From a virus, in IMG/VR virus record IMGVR_UViG_3300020185_000014, positions 32,001 to 96,000 of that record: a stretch of DNA of 64,000 nucleotides; one strand, given 5' to 3'. How positions within the stretch are numbered: the first letter of the stretch is position 1; every line of letters begins with the position of its first letter. Shown piece after piece: positions 55,674 through 64,000 of this stretch. The notes beneath the pieces were generated by a model that was not told the origin of the DNA, ran no database searches, and worked only from the letters and a program-made list of their open reading frames with translations. A program made the position numbers and the translations under genes.

Positions 55674-56389
55674 AAAGTAGTTGTCGATATAATCGGTTGA
55701 ACTCTTGACACGTATGGATACAAACAACCGATCTTATTACCCATCAATTGCCGGCACATGATAGCATCATTAGGCCAAGCGCCGTATTCCGAGGTCAATT
55801 CAATCAATTTATTTGCGCCTTCAGGTTTTATATAGTAGGCAGAATTCCCAGGAAGTCCAGCAGGGTGCTCGGTTTCTTTGATATAAGGAACCGGAACCAC
55901 TTGACTTTTATTTCCCATTTTCTTATCAGAAACTTTAATGTTGTACAGTTCCGCGCTGGGAGTTGCTCCGCGCTGCGGAGCATTCAACGAGGCGATCCAA
56001 CGGGGAGAATCTCTCAGAACATCAACAGGTATTCTCGAATGGAAGATTGCGTCATGCTCACAGATGATTGAAGGTACGTTATCTTGGAATATTTTTTTCC
56101 AGAGCATGTAGTGTGACAAAAAACATGCAATTCTCCTTTTAGGTTCTGCCGTATTATATCCAACTTTCGTCAACCCAGAAGAAAAGTCTTTAACGACCTG
56201 ACCATTCCACGGATAGTTCCATCTTAGATTATATTTTTCCATCAAGTCGTCGACCTGATCAGGGGTGACTGCACGAAAAGGCACAACTTCTATTGAGGAA
56301 TCATTGTGCGCTAACACTGATTCAGCAGCAGTATTTTTTGCCGATACAGATGTCGCTTCATCCATTAAAGTTATAATATAGAGTTGCAT
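55670..56389 (-). CDS. GT25-like glycosyltransferase
   Basis: ACFLSHY.LW, ICEHDA, AYYIKPEGA.KL. Confidence 0.8.
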   Translation of the reverse strand: MQLYIITLMDEATSVSAKNTAAESVLAHNDSSIEVVPFRAVTPDQVDDLMEKYNLRWNYPWNGQVVKDFSSGLTKVGYNTAEPKRRIACFLSHYMLWKKIFQDNVPSIICEHDAIFHSRIPVDVLRDSPRWIASLNAPQRGATPSAELYNIKVSDKKMGNKSQVVPVPYIKETEHPAGLPGNSAYYIKPEGANKLIELTSEYGAWPNDAIMCRQLMGNKIGCLYPYVSRVQPIISTTTL

Positions 56390-57081
56390 TATACACCATG
56401 CGACGTGTTTAGATTTATTGTATTAAATTTTACTGGAGAAGGCAAGAGATATTGAATATTAACATTGCTCGAGTTCAAAATAAAATCAGATTGATCTAAG
56501 TTTCTTTCTGCCACTTTTAACATTTTCTTCGCCCCCTTTGGCGTTAAAGCATATGCGCCAGTACCAGGAACCATAAATGATCCCTTCCACTCGTTTTCTC
56601 TGTAATAGACTAGAGGATAATCAGAAGGGAGATTTTCGACTCCCTGCCCTTGCCATTTATATCCTCTTAGTTGACTTATATTTAACTTATTTGGTGGAGC
56701 AAAAACATACTCCGCATTCAGAATTAAATATTCATCGAAGTCGTGATCGCGCCAATATGAAATAAAGATAGCATCGTGTTCAATAAATGCCATCGGTTCA
56801 TCTTTCTCAACAACCTCTTTCCAAAAGTTTACGTGGTTCATCACGCAACTTAGTTTTGTATAGAAACGATTTTCGTTTTCAGATTTAAAATTAATCAATC
56901 TGCTGTTCTCTATCATGGAAACAGAACGCTGCGATTCATCAACTTTATTTAATGTTTTCGGCGTAACTCCGGAAGTTAGTTTCAGGTCCCATCCAGAAAA
57001 TATTTTAGAAGAACGTTCTGCATCTTCCGCTTGCGCGATAGATTTGGAATGAGAAGGAACATAGATAATTTGACCTTTCAT
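56389..57081 (-). CDS. GT25-like glycosyltransferase
   Basis: SC..NH...W, IEHDA, GTGAYALTP.GA.KML. Confidence 0.78.
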   Translation of the reverse strand: MKGQIIYVPSHSKSIAQAEDAERSSKIFSGWDLKLTSGVTPKTLNKVDESQRSVSMIENSRLINFKSENENRFYTKLSCVMNHVNFWKEVVEKDEPMAFIEHDAIFISYWRDHDFDEYLILNAEYVFAPPNKLNISQLRGYKWQGQGVENLPSDYPLVYYRENEWKGSFMVPGTGAYALTPKGAKKMLKVAERNLDQSDFILNSSNVNIQYLLPSPVKFNTINLNTSHGV

Positions 57082-57098
57082 TTGTTTGCATACCTTTG

Positions 57099-57704
57099 TT
57101 ACGCCGTTTTGCGTTTTACCGTAAAGATTTTGTAATCTCCATCTACAGCAGTATTAATAGAACCTTCATTCACAACAGAAAACCCGCAGTCTTTCACTTT
57201 GCCGATAAAAAAAGATTCGTTTTGTACGTGTATTTTACCATCAACACAAACAGGAAGTTTATCCCAACACCTCAAGGTGAAAATACAATATTCTTTTGAA
57301 GATTGTAACACATTTTCTAATATTTTTAAAGAGTCTTGTTCTCCGAGAAGGTTCAACATTCTAAAACACAAAGTCAGGTCAGACGACTTTTCAATATTCT
57401 GATCAATTAGATTGTGTTTAAATATCTCTAATTTTTCCCCCTTATTTTTTTTCGCTTCTTTTATCATATCTTCGGACAGTTCATACCCACAAAAAACTTT
57501 GACGTTATCTGCATTTTCGATAACATCAGAAAACCTATTAGTGCCAAGGGGGGCGTCTGAAACAGACGATATTTGAGGATTCTCTTTGATAAAATTTTCA
57601 ACCCACGATTGTTCAAACTTCCACTTCTTGCTGTTCTTTCTGCGTGTATCATAATGCGCAGCTCGTTCAGCAGTATAATGGTCTTCAACTAATTTTTTAG
57701 TCAT
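57099..57704 (-). CDS. SAM-dependent methyltransferase-like protein
   Basis: A..YD, DAPLGTNRF (motif I variant), GYELSEDM...A. Confidence 0.65.
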   Translation of the reverse strand: MTKKLVEDHYTAERAAHYDTRRKNSKKWKFEQSWVENFIKENPQISSVSDAPLGTNRFSDVIENADNVKVFCGYELSEDMIKEAKKNKGEKLEIFKHNLIDQNIEKSSDLTLCFRMLNLLGEQDSLKILENVLQSSKEYCIFTLRCWDKLPVCVDGKIHVQNESFFIGKVKDCGFSVVNEGSINTAVDGDYKIFTVKRKTA

Positions 57705-58336
57705 TTCTTATATTCCTTGTATTTTTTTCTTATTTTCCAATAATAGTCAACTGTTTGTTGCGAAACACCATAAAGATGCTCGTGATCTTCTAATATATTT
57801 GAGTTTCTTGAGTTCAAAAACCAAGCATTATTGCAAGACAAAAATTCGTTATCAATTAACTTTATTCCGCCCTTTGTGATAATCACGTTGTCTATGGTCA
57901 GGTCATTATGATTGACATAATTTTTTATGTTTGTTTCTGGTGTGTATTGTAAACCGATCCTCATATGTATATGTTGCAAATAATCCCAGGTCTGAATCCT
58001 AATCGGCAACCCCCGAAGGGTTTTAACGCATTCGTCAATTTCATCTTTCAAAAATTGTCTGTTTACCGGATCCTGCTCAGATTCATCGATATATTCCTCA
58101 GCGATATATAACCCATCAGAAAATAAAACTTCAGGAAAATATTGTTTAACTTCTGATATGGTTTGTATATGTAATCTGAGAGCAACTTGTTCTTTATTGA
58201 AGTTTTGATAAACTTTGATTTTATTCCCGCGCCAATCGGCGAAGATTGAATCTAACCCGTTGGAGTTTTTCAAATTATTTATTGGACGGTTGTTTTTTGT
58301 TGGATGAATATTTTTCAACTCACTTAGCACAAACAA
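57701..58336 (-). CDS. APH/choline-kinase-like phosphotransferase
   Basis: HNDL...NV Brenner-like motif and KLIDNE. Confidence 0.7.
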   Translation of the reverse strand: MFVLSELKNIHPTKNNRPINNLKNSNGLDSIFADWRGNKIKVYQNFNKEQVALRLHIQTISEVKQYFPEVLFSDGLYIAEEYIDESEQDPVNRQFLKDEIDECVKTLRGLPIRIQTWDYLQHIHMRIGLQYTPETNIKNYVNHNDLTIDNVIITKGGIKLIDNEFLSCNNAWFLNSRNSNILEDHEHLYGVSQQTVDYYWKIRKKYKEYKK

Positions 58337-58352
58337 TTCCTATAGTCATCCT

Positions 58353-58703
58353 TCATTCTTCCCCCCTTCTTTCGATGTCGCTCTCTTCGCAGAGCAACCC
58401 GTTTTGTACTTCTAGAATATGACAATATCCCATACCAACATTACATGCTTTGTGCCACGTACCTTTAGGGATTATTTGTGTATCGTTTGGTCCTAATTTA
58501 ACAACCTCTTTAACCCCATCGGGTGATTCTAAGATTATCTCAAGGATTCCCGCCATAACGTACCAGTGCTCGTTTCTTTGATCGTGGCGCTGATCGGACA
58601 AACAAAGTCCAGGCTCGATCACCAATTCTTTAACTTTCACTTGTTTATAATCTAGCAGCGTGTGCCAGATGCCCCAAGGTCTTTCGTTCGTTTCAATCGC
58701 CAT
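58353..58703 (-). CDS. Cupin, mannose-6-phosphate isomerase type II C-terminal-like
   Basis: RPWG, VKEL.I.PG..LS.Q.H..R.EHW, WH, E.DIER. Confidence 0.88.
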   Translation of the reverse strand: MAIETNERPWGIWHTLLDYKQVKVKELVIEPGLCLSDQRHDQRNEHWYVMAGILEIILESPDGVKEVVKLGPNDTQIIPKGTWHKACNVGMGYCHILEVQNGLLCEESDIERRGEE

Positions 58704-58723
58704 TAGAAATGCCCCAAATATGT

Positions 58724-59092
58724 TTAATAATTCCCATGACTCTTATGTTCTAGAATTTCAGAACCGCTCAGATTATTTATCTTCTTTTTTATGTCTGCTC
58801 TGATGTCATTAAAATAATACACTGAGCGAGATAAGTCTATAAACGAATCGCCGAAATCTTTCATTGCTTCGTGATTCCTTTTCCCCTCTTCTACCCCCCA
58901 ACAAATACTGTTCACTTCATGTAACAATTTTTGCATTTTTTCTATAATAGGAGGGAGGTTCAAACCTTTTTTAATTTCTAATAAATGCTCAAGTTCTTGT
59001 TTAGAAGTATCCAATCCATGTTCTATTTTTATTTCTAAGATTGTGATCTTATCTAAAAGTTCTCCGACTGATACTGGTATCTTACATTCCAT
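58724..59092 (-). CDS. DUF6165-like protein
   Basis: PVSVGELLDKITILEIK..N...W..E..R.VY..ND.R..K..IN...S...E.K. Confidence 0.75.
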   Translation of the reverse strand: MECKIPVSVGELLDKITILEIKIEHGLDTSKQELEHLLEIKKGLNLPPIIEKMQKLLHEVNSICWGVEEGKRNHEAMKDFGDSFIDLSRSVYYFNDIRADIKKKINNLSGSEILEHKSHGNY

Positions 59093-59855
59093 TTAAAAAC
59101 CTATTGTACATAACCCCATGCCTTTTTGATCTAACAACGTGATGTGAAACATTTCTCTTGATACTGTAGATATCTATTTTATCGTACGGCAAATAATACT
59201 GCGCTAGATGAAAGAACCCAGAATCTATTCCAACATAATATTCTGAATTCGCTATAGCATTTCCTGCTGCGATAAGAGAAGTTTTCAGCAATTCGTTTCT
59301 AGAGGATCCACCAACCATGACTGCCGGAAGATTATATTCGTTTTCGATTTTCAGTATCTGTAAAGGAGAAAGCTGCCTAGATTTATCTGTTGTGTCCCAT
59401 TGAACAGTAATATATTTTTCGGGTAAAAAATCTAATTTCTTACCGATAGGTTTTAACTCGGGCAACTTCGTCAGATATTTTCCAGCATCAATTAAATCTA
59501 ATTCGTCCACTTTTCCTAAAGGGCATTCTGATAATGTATCGGCATAGTAATATGTTTGCGCTTCTATTCCTTTATCTTTTAGATAAGCAATCCAATCAGT
59601 CTCTGGTAAATTACACACGTCATGAACTTCAATGGATACTAACCCGCCGGACATTTGACATATTTCTGCCCAAGAATCTTTCTTATGCTGCTTGCCGTAT
59701 TTGTCTGAGGTTAAGTGAAGAACAACTTTAGTATTATGCGCTTTGGCATATTGTATGCCTATTAGAGCGCTGTGTAGACGATCTCCAACGCCAGGAGTGG
59801 TATACGCGAAATCTTTTCTAATTAAAGATCGAGAACGGATAGCAATATTTTTCAT
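59082..59855 (-). CDS. GT-B glycosyltransferase (GT9-like)
   Basis: G.GD near N-terminus; YVGIDSG..HLA. Confidence 0.65.
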   Translation of the reverse strand: MKNIAIRSRSLIRKDFAYTTPGVGDRLHSALIGIQYAKAHNTKVVLHLTSDKYGKQHKKDSWAEICQMSGGLVSIEVHDVCNLPETDWIAYLKDKGIEAQTYYYADTLSECPLGKVDELDLIDAGKYLTKLPELKPIGKKLDFLPEKYITVQWDTTDKSRQLSPLQILKIENEYNLPAVMVGGSSRNELLKTSLIAAGNAIANSEYYVGIDSGFFHLAQYYLPYDKIDIYSIKRNVSHHVVRSKRHGVMYNRFLNGM

Positions 59856-60637
59856 AATATTTCTTTCAGCAGTTTCTGTATATTTTCGCCTTTTTCTGGT
59901 AACAGGTCTCTCAAAAAGAAATGAAGAAAATGCGATTCTTTGTGCTTATCTCCCTCTAGAGCAGTATATAATGCATTCCAACGCCAATCTAATTTTTGTA
60001 CTTCGATGCTTTCTTTCTTGAAAAAATAATTCAATGTGATTTGATCTGACTGCCATTTGAATGGACCCTTTCCGTCAACCAAATCTTTCAGATAATAGGA
60101 GTCTAATATCTGTTTAGGCGATTTGTGTTTAATCACATCCATCATTGCTTTAGAATCGTATAGCATTACCCCAGAATTAAAAAACATGCCACCGTTTTCG
60201 CCCCACTCCCATTCTACATCGGATAGAGGTTTTAACATCATATTCGCATATTGAGTAATCTTATCTCTGTATTTCTTATTGATCGGTAAGTCGCCTTCAT
60301 ACACTGAAGCAACAGTTCCATGTAGTTGTTCGAATATCGAGGGAGTGTTTTCTTTGATGTAGATATCTGCGTCTATAACACAGCATTGATCATAATGGGG
60401 AAAATGATTAAATATATTTTCCTTTTCAAAAATCGGCATGTATCCTAATTTTTTCCATCCTCCTGTTTTTCCAGTTCTATCTGTATTGAAAGGGTCAGGA
60501 GTAATTCTAAGGATTGGCCTAGATTGACAAATGTAATCTGCCCCAATATCGTTCGCATACTGGCGAACACTTTCTGTGCAAAAATCATACAAATTTGACC
60601 GTTTGCCAATATAGACTTGATAAATTAATCTTTTCAT
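59852..60637 (-). CDS. GT8-like glycosyltransferase
   Basis: IDADI, FNSGVM, DQ..LN, WNAL, HF.HF. Confidence 0.8.
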   Translation of the reverse strand: MKRLIYQVYIGKRSNLYDFCTESVRQYANDIGADYICQSRPILRITPDPFNTDRTGKTGGWKKLGYMPIFEKENIFNHFPHYDQCCVIDADIYIKENTPSIFEQLHGTVASVYEGDLPINKKYRDKITQYANMMLKPLSDVEWEWGENGGMFFNSGVMLYDSKAMMDVIKHKSPKQILDSYYLKDLVDGKGPFKWQSDQITLNYFFKKESIEVQKLDWRWNALYTALEGDKHKESHFLHFFLRDLLPEKGENIQKLLKEIL

Positions 60638-61422
60638 ATTATCTCTAAAATTTCTTTTATGTTTTCTCCCCTCGATGGAAGATTGTCGCGTTTAAAAAAA
60701 TGAACAAAGTGTGCTTCTTTTTCTTTTCCGTTTTGCAATGCAGTAAATAACGCGTTGAATTTCCAATCAATGTGTTTAACATCGATCTCTTCCTTTTTAA
60801 CCCACCAATTCAACAGAGTTTGATCGGTGCTCCACTTCCACGTACCATCACCGTCAACAAACCTTTTAAACTCTATTCTGTTTAAAAATTCTCGGGCAGT
60901 TTGTCCGCGTAGATATTTGCTAAGGTCGCTCGAGAAAACCATTAACCCCATATTAAAAAACTCAGCTCCAGGAGACCCATGGTGATGCCATTTCCAATCA
61001 ACGTCCTTTAACGTACTATATTGCGATTTGCTGTAGTTTTCAATTTTACTTAGGTGTGTTCCATTAATGGGCATTTCGCGTTCGCAAACTGCGCCGAAAA
61101 CATGATTACCTAATTCATCGAAGATGTTAGGAGAATTTTCTTTAATGTAAATATCGGCATCGATAATCGCTATCTGGTCATAATCGTCAAGATAGTCAAA
61201 GGCGTTTTCTTTCTCGAAGATGGGCAGATACCCGCCGTGTTGTTCCCATGCTCTAGGATTTCTGTTTGTTGCAAAAACATCAGGTTTGATTCTGAGAATA
61301 GGTTTTGTTTGAACGATATGGTCAAACCCATATTTCTCGCAATATTTTTCAGCAGACTCTATACATGCTTCATACAGTTTCGAAGGTTTTCCTACGCAGA
61401 CTTGATATATCATTCTCTTCAT
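60634..61422 (-). CDS. GT8-like glycosyltransferase (close paralog of the neighbour)
   Basis: IDADI, FN.G.M, DQ.LLN, FNAL; co-linear with 59852-60637. Confidence 0.8.
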   Translation of the reverse strand: MKRMIYQVCVGKPSKLYEACIESAEKYCEKYGFDHIVQTKPILRIKPDVFATNRNPRAWEQHGGYLPIFEKENAFDYLDDYDQIAIIDADIYIKENSPNIFDELGNHVFGAVCEREMPINGTHLSKIENYSKSQYSTLKDVDWKWHHHGSPGAEFFNMGLMVFSSDLSKYLRGQTAREFLNRIEFKRFVDGDGTWKWSTDQTLLNWWVKKEEIDVKHIDWKFNALFTALQNGKEKEAHFVHFFKRDNLPSRGENIKEILEII

Positions 61423-61546
61423 TTCTAAGATACTCTTTCCAGTTTTGTATTTTTTTCGGTTTACTACTTAATTTCTTCGAAGAAAATTCGTTTTCATTCT
61501 TGCGTTGCTTTTTGTTTCGAGGATCGAAACGTGCATACTTTGCCAT
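61370..61546 (-). CDS. Small basic hypothetical protein (58 aa; not in the ORF track)
   Basis: MAKYARFDPRNKK..; coupled to the upstream stop (TAGATG). Confidence 0.5.
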   Translation of the reverse strand: MAKYARFDPRNKKQRKNENEFSSKKLSSKPKKIQNWKEYLRNEENDISSLRRKTFETV

Positions 61547-61684
61547 CTACCTGCCTTGACCTCTATATTTTTTATAAGAACGTTTCTTATGTTTGTTAAG
61601 ACCGCTTATATTAAAACGACCACGACCAATTGAAGTTCCTTTCGGCATTTTTTCAACTTTAGCACTTCCGCCATGTAGCGCCAT
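61547..61684 (-). CDS. Small very basic peptide (45 aa; not in the ORF track)
   Basis: MALHGG..KGTSIG.G..NKHKKRSYKKYRGQGR; TAATG overlap with the lysozyme stop. Confidence 0.7.
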   Translation of the reverse strand: MALHGGSAKVEKMPKGTSIGRGRFNISGLNKHKKRSYKKYRGQGR

Positions 61685-62130
61685 TACACATTCTCCAATC
61701 TAGTCATTAATCTTTCCGCGCGGTTGGTTACTTGTCTATGCCACCTAGAATCGCGCCCTTCTACTGCGGCAGTTTTCCAATCACTTTCTAACAATGCCGC
61801 ATTCATTTTCTTGAACTTACTTAAACGAGGTCGACCCATGTTAAACATCATGTTAACAACTATTTGTTGAACTTCCTCTGGAAAATTGTCGAAGTTTCCG
61901 CCAGGAAACAATTGATGGCATTCTGCGATTGCTGTATCCAAATCTTGATCAAAGGCATCCCAAACCCTTTCTTCTGATACTGGAGTTGCCACCGCAACTC
62001 CACTTTCTGCATCATCCGAACAGATTAAATGTCCAACGCCGAATGTCGGTAAACCAAGATGATCCAAGTATACCTCATACTTGACCCCTTCATCGATTTT
62101 CAATTGCTCGAAAACTTCTTTTCTGTTCAT
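61684..62130 (-). CDS. e: GH24 T4-type lysozyme (endolysin)
   Basis: DEG..Y.D.LG.PT.GVGH (E/D/T), NM.FNMG..F..M, SRW..Q..RA. Confidence 0.9.
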   Translation of the reverse strand: MNRKEVFEQLKIDEGVKYEVYLDHLGLPTFGVGHLICSDDAESGVAVATPVSEERVWDAFDQDLDTAIAECHQLFPGGNFDNFPEEVQQIVVNMMFNMGRPRLSKFKKMNAALLESDWKTAAVEGRDSRWHRQVTNRAERLMTRLENV

Positions 62131-62142
62131 AACATAATCTCT

Positions 62143-62382
62143 TTAAATATTAACTGAATTTTGTACTCTGGAACCACTAGACCGTTTAATTCGTTCTAAG
62201 TGATTTTTCCAATCGCCTGAAGTTTTATTCACGATATTTCCTGTATGAGTCACGAGACTCGCAGGACTAGTGTGAATTTGTTTCCAAACTCCTTCTGCTT
62301 GCAATTCTTCTTTTTCTGAAATTTTGAGAAACATATCTTTCGTTTCTCCAGTTTCCACGTTCTTCATTGTATATGTAGGCAT
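62143..62382 (-). CDS. Small conserved protein (FmdB-like N-terminus without Cys)
   Basis: MPTYT.....TGE..W...L..IK. Confidence 0.6.
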   Translation of the reverse strand: MPTYTMKNVETGETKDMFLKISEKEELQAEGVWKQIHTSPASLVTHTGNIVNKTSGDWKNHLERIKRSSGSRVQNSVNI

Positions 62383-62414
62383 TAGCTAACTTTCTCTCCA
62401 CGAGTTCATTTTAT

Positions 62415-62447
62415 AAAAGGTCAGGGTTGCTATTAAACAACCCGACC
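62415..62447 (-). terminator. Rho-independent terminator
   Basis: GGTC-GGGTTGTT-TAAT-AGCAACCC-T-GACC followed by TTTTAT. Confidence 0.75.
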
Positions 62448-62460
62448 AGTAGATATGGGA

Positions 62461-62631
62461 TCACCCCCTTGTGCGATTCTCAACCTGTTCGATAGCGCCA
62501 ATTAGAAAATTTCTTTTCTTCGCCATCTTATAAGATGCGTCAATTTTTCCTCTCTTATTTAAATTACGAATACAATTTCCAAGTTCACGAGAGTCTTTCT
62601 TTAATCGTTCTATTTGATTAGCACTAACCAT
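62461..62631 (-). CDS. Small basic hypothetical protein (56 aa; not in the ORF track)
   Basis: MVSANQIERLKKDSREL..; AGGAG RBS. Confidence 0.65.
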   Translation of the reverse strand: MVSANQIERLKKDSRELGNCIRNLNKRGKIDASYKMAKKRNFLIGAIEQVENRTRG

Positions 62632-62671
62632 AGGCGCTCCTGTATGTTGTTAATTTATTTGTTGAGAATAA

Positions 62672-63106
62672 TCAATCTTGGATTAAATCGGGGAATGCCT
62701 CCTTAATTATTTCTACTGATAATCCTTTCACCGTTTCGGGTTTATTTATCATTGATGCTAGTAACGTAGCATCTCCTGGATCCACAGATTCTAGAATGTT
62801 TAAGAACATCTTTTCTCTGCGCACTTTATCGAGTCTCTCGGATTCTTGTAACCCAGAAACAAAATATTTAAATTTTAGGTGTTGTTTGAGTAGTGATGAT
62901 GGTGGCGGACCTTCTTCATACGGAGTGTACGGAGGCTCGCCCGCAGGAAGGTTCCATTGGATCTTTGGATCAAAGAAACCTCTACACACATCAAACAACG
63001 GCATTGATGCATGCTTCCTGAGTATCTTAATCTTATCTTCTTTAGATGCAGAAGAATCAACTAGATTAAAGATTTCGTGTATTTGCAGTCTGTTGGTACT
63101 GATCAT
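62672..63106 (-). CDS. Conserved hypothetical T4-like protein
   Basis: I.EI..K..KI..L..FDP...W.LP.GEPPY..RE.MF...LE. Confidence 0.7.
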   Translation of the reverse strand: MISTNRLQIHEIFNLVDSSASKEDKIKILRKHASMPLFDVCRGFFDPKIQWNLPAGEPPYTPYEEGPPPSSLLKQHLKFKYFVSGLQESERLDKVRREKMFLNILESVDPGDATLLASMINKPETVKGLSVEIIKEAFPDLIQD

Positions 63107-63204
63107 AAGTTTATCCTACATTATGTATATATAATTGGAGAAGTTACTAGTATTAACATCCCTCCAATTTAAGTGTATTCTACACTCCTCTGATGAGATA
63201 AGCT

Positions 63205-63642
63205 TTATTTTACTAAAGTTTTCTCGGTTTGTAAAGGTAAATGCTTTGAGTTGATTCTGCACATAATCATTTGATTATAATAGTCTTCTCTTAGTAAGAC
63301 GTCATGATCGAATTGTAGTTTCGCTTCGTAGTACGAGCATTCACCTTTGGTTTTACATAACTTTAGGATAATGCGAATATAGTCTTCTTCAGACGCTTCT
63401 GAGACCCTCTCAGCGAGTTTCTTGTTAGACCCGAAGTATTTACGCCAATCAGATTCTACTAAAACCTTTTTCTTTCTTTTACGAGTTTTGGTAATGCCCA
63501 GGGTCTTCGTTCGCCAAAAGAGTTTCTTACCGATATATTTCATACCGGTCGTCTTCTCTTCTATTTCATAAACAAACCCGACCCAACCAGACAAGTCCTC
63601 TTCAGAAGGGTCGAATATCTCCCCTTCATATTGCCATCTCAT
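63205..63642 (-). CDS. Short GIY-YIG nuclease
   Basis: GFVY.I......YIGKK, Y.GS, E...Q, YYN. Confidence 0.8.
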   Translation of the reverse strand: MRWQYEGEIFDPSEEDLSGWVGFVYEIEEKTTGMKYIGKKLFWRTKTLGITKTRKRKKKVLVESDWRKYFGSNKKLAERVSEASEEDYIRIILKLCKTKGECSYYEAKLQFDHDVLLREDYYNQMIMCRINSKHLPLQTEKTLVK

Positions 63643-63770
63643 TCTTCTTCAAACACAACTGCAGTGCCGCACATCGGACAGAATCCTGGTTTCTCGTCTT
63701 CGTTTAAAACTGTCACGGTTAATTCCGCGTCACAGATGCTGCATTCTAATTCAAACATATATCTATCCAT
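63639..63770 (-). CDS. Small zinc-ribbon protein; start revised
   Basis: CSIC..CPMCG. Confidence 0.65.
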   Translation of the reverse strand: MDRYMFELECSICDAELTVTVLNEDEKPGFCPMCGTAVVFEEE

Positions 63771-63772
63771 TG

Positions 63773-64000
63773 TTATTGTATCTCGCAAAACCCTGCGGCG
63801 CAAGCGAGCTCTTGACTTCCAATTGTCATATCTGATTTTTCGTATTCTGATAATAAGGACCAATCAACTTCCTTCGGCATCTGTGCCAGAAGCGCTTTAT
63901 AACCTGCTTCGTCGGTATCTTGATAAGGTGCTTGTGTATAATTGTGATCAGAGAAGGGCAAGAAAGAAACACCAGACATAAAATCGAAGTTCTTATAAAC
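63773..64000 (-). CDS. nrdJ: C-terminus of ribonucleotide reductase, class II (monomeric RTPR-like); truncated by the window edge
   Basis: FD.MSGVSFLP..H.Y.QAPYQ..MP...DW..L..YE..QELACAAGFCEI. Confidence 0.7.
   Translation of the reverse strand, partial: VYKNFDFMSGVSFLPFSDHNYTQAPYQDTDEAGYKALLAQMPKEVDWSLLSEYEKSDMTIGSQELACAAGFCEIQ

Noticed and set aside
62458-62470. rRNA gene fragment
   Set aside because: Only 13 nt resemble the 16S 3' end; flanks are a coding sequence and a terminator. Kept as a regulatory finding instead
63205-63642. Mobile homing endonuclease or intron
   Set aside because: Only the catalytic domain; free-standing and translationally coupled; no interrupted gene
1-64000. 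Alternative genetic code or stop-codon readthrough
   Set aside because: Core genes are full length in code 11; the TGA-anticodon tRNA is an ordinary Ser(UCA) decoder, not a suppressor

Overview
64 kb from a large T4-like (Straboviridae/Kyanoviridae-type) myophage, ~40% GC by eye, probably marine. Sigma70 promoters, Shine-Dalgarno use and IHF-like boxes suggest a proteobacterial host (inference). Bases 1-47 kb are a late, TATAAATA-driven virion block, mostly on the minus strand. It holds a gp7-like wedge gene, gp15/14/13, a double 2OG-Fe(II) dioxygenase, and 11 consecutive genes that share one N-terminal module (five carry six-repeat Kelch-like propellers) behind a coiled-coil gene. It continues with a subtilase, Asp-Ser-repeat fibre proteins, a tail fibre/adhesin pair, a VrlC-like protein, gp8, gp6, gp25, a split gp5 region, gp27-like, gp53, gp48, gp4, gp2, gp54-like, gp26/gp51 and a tape-measure candidate. 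Bases 47-64 kb hold gp32, gp33, a nucleotide-sugar dehydrogenase, a DenV-like gene, thyX, three tRNAs, a PD-(D/E)XK nuclease, an 11-gene glycan-modification cluster, a lysozyme, a GIY-YIG nuclease and the 3' end of a class II-like RNR. Best leads: (1) a probable -1 frameshift joining gp26 to gp51 in a lambda G/GT-like position; (2) the 11-gene shared-module propeller array; (3) dense Asp-Ser motifs in virion proteins alongside a glycosyltransferase cluster; (4) a late-promoter structured RNA candidate among the tRNAs; (5) a start-less 13-nt complement of the 16S 3' end. Family calls come from motif recognition only; no searches were run.
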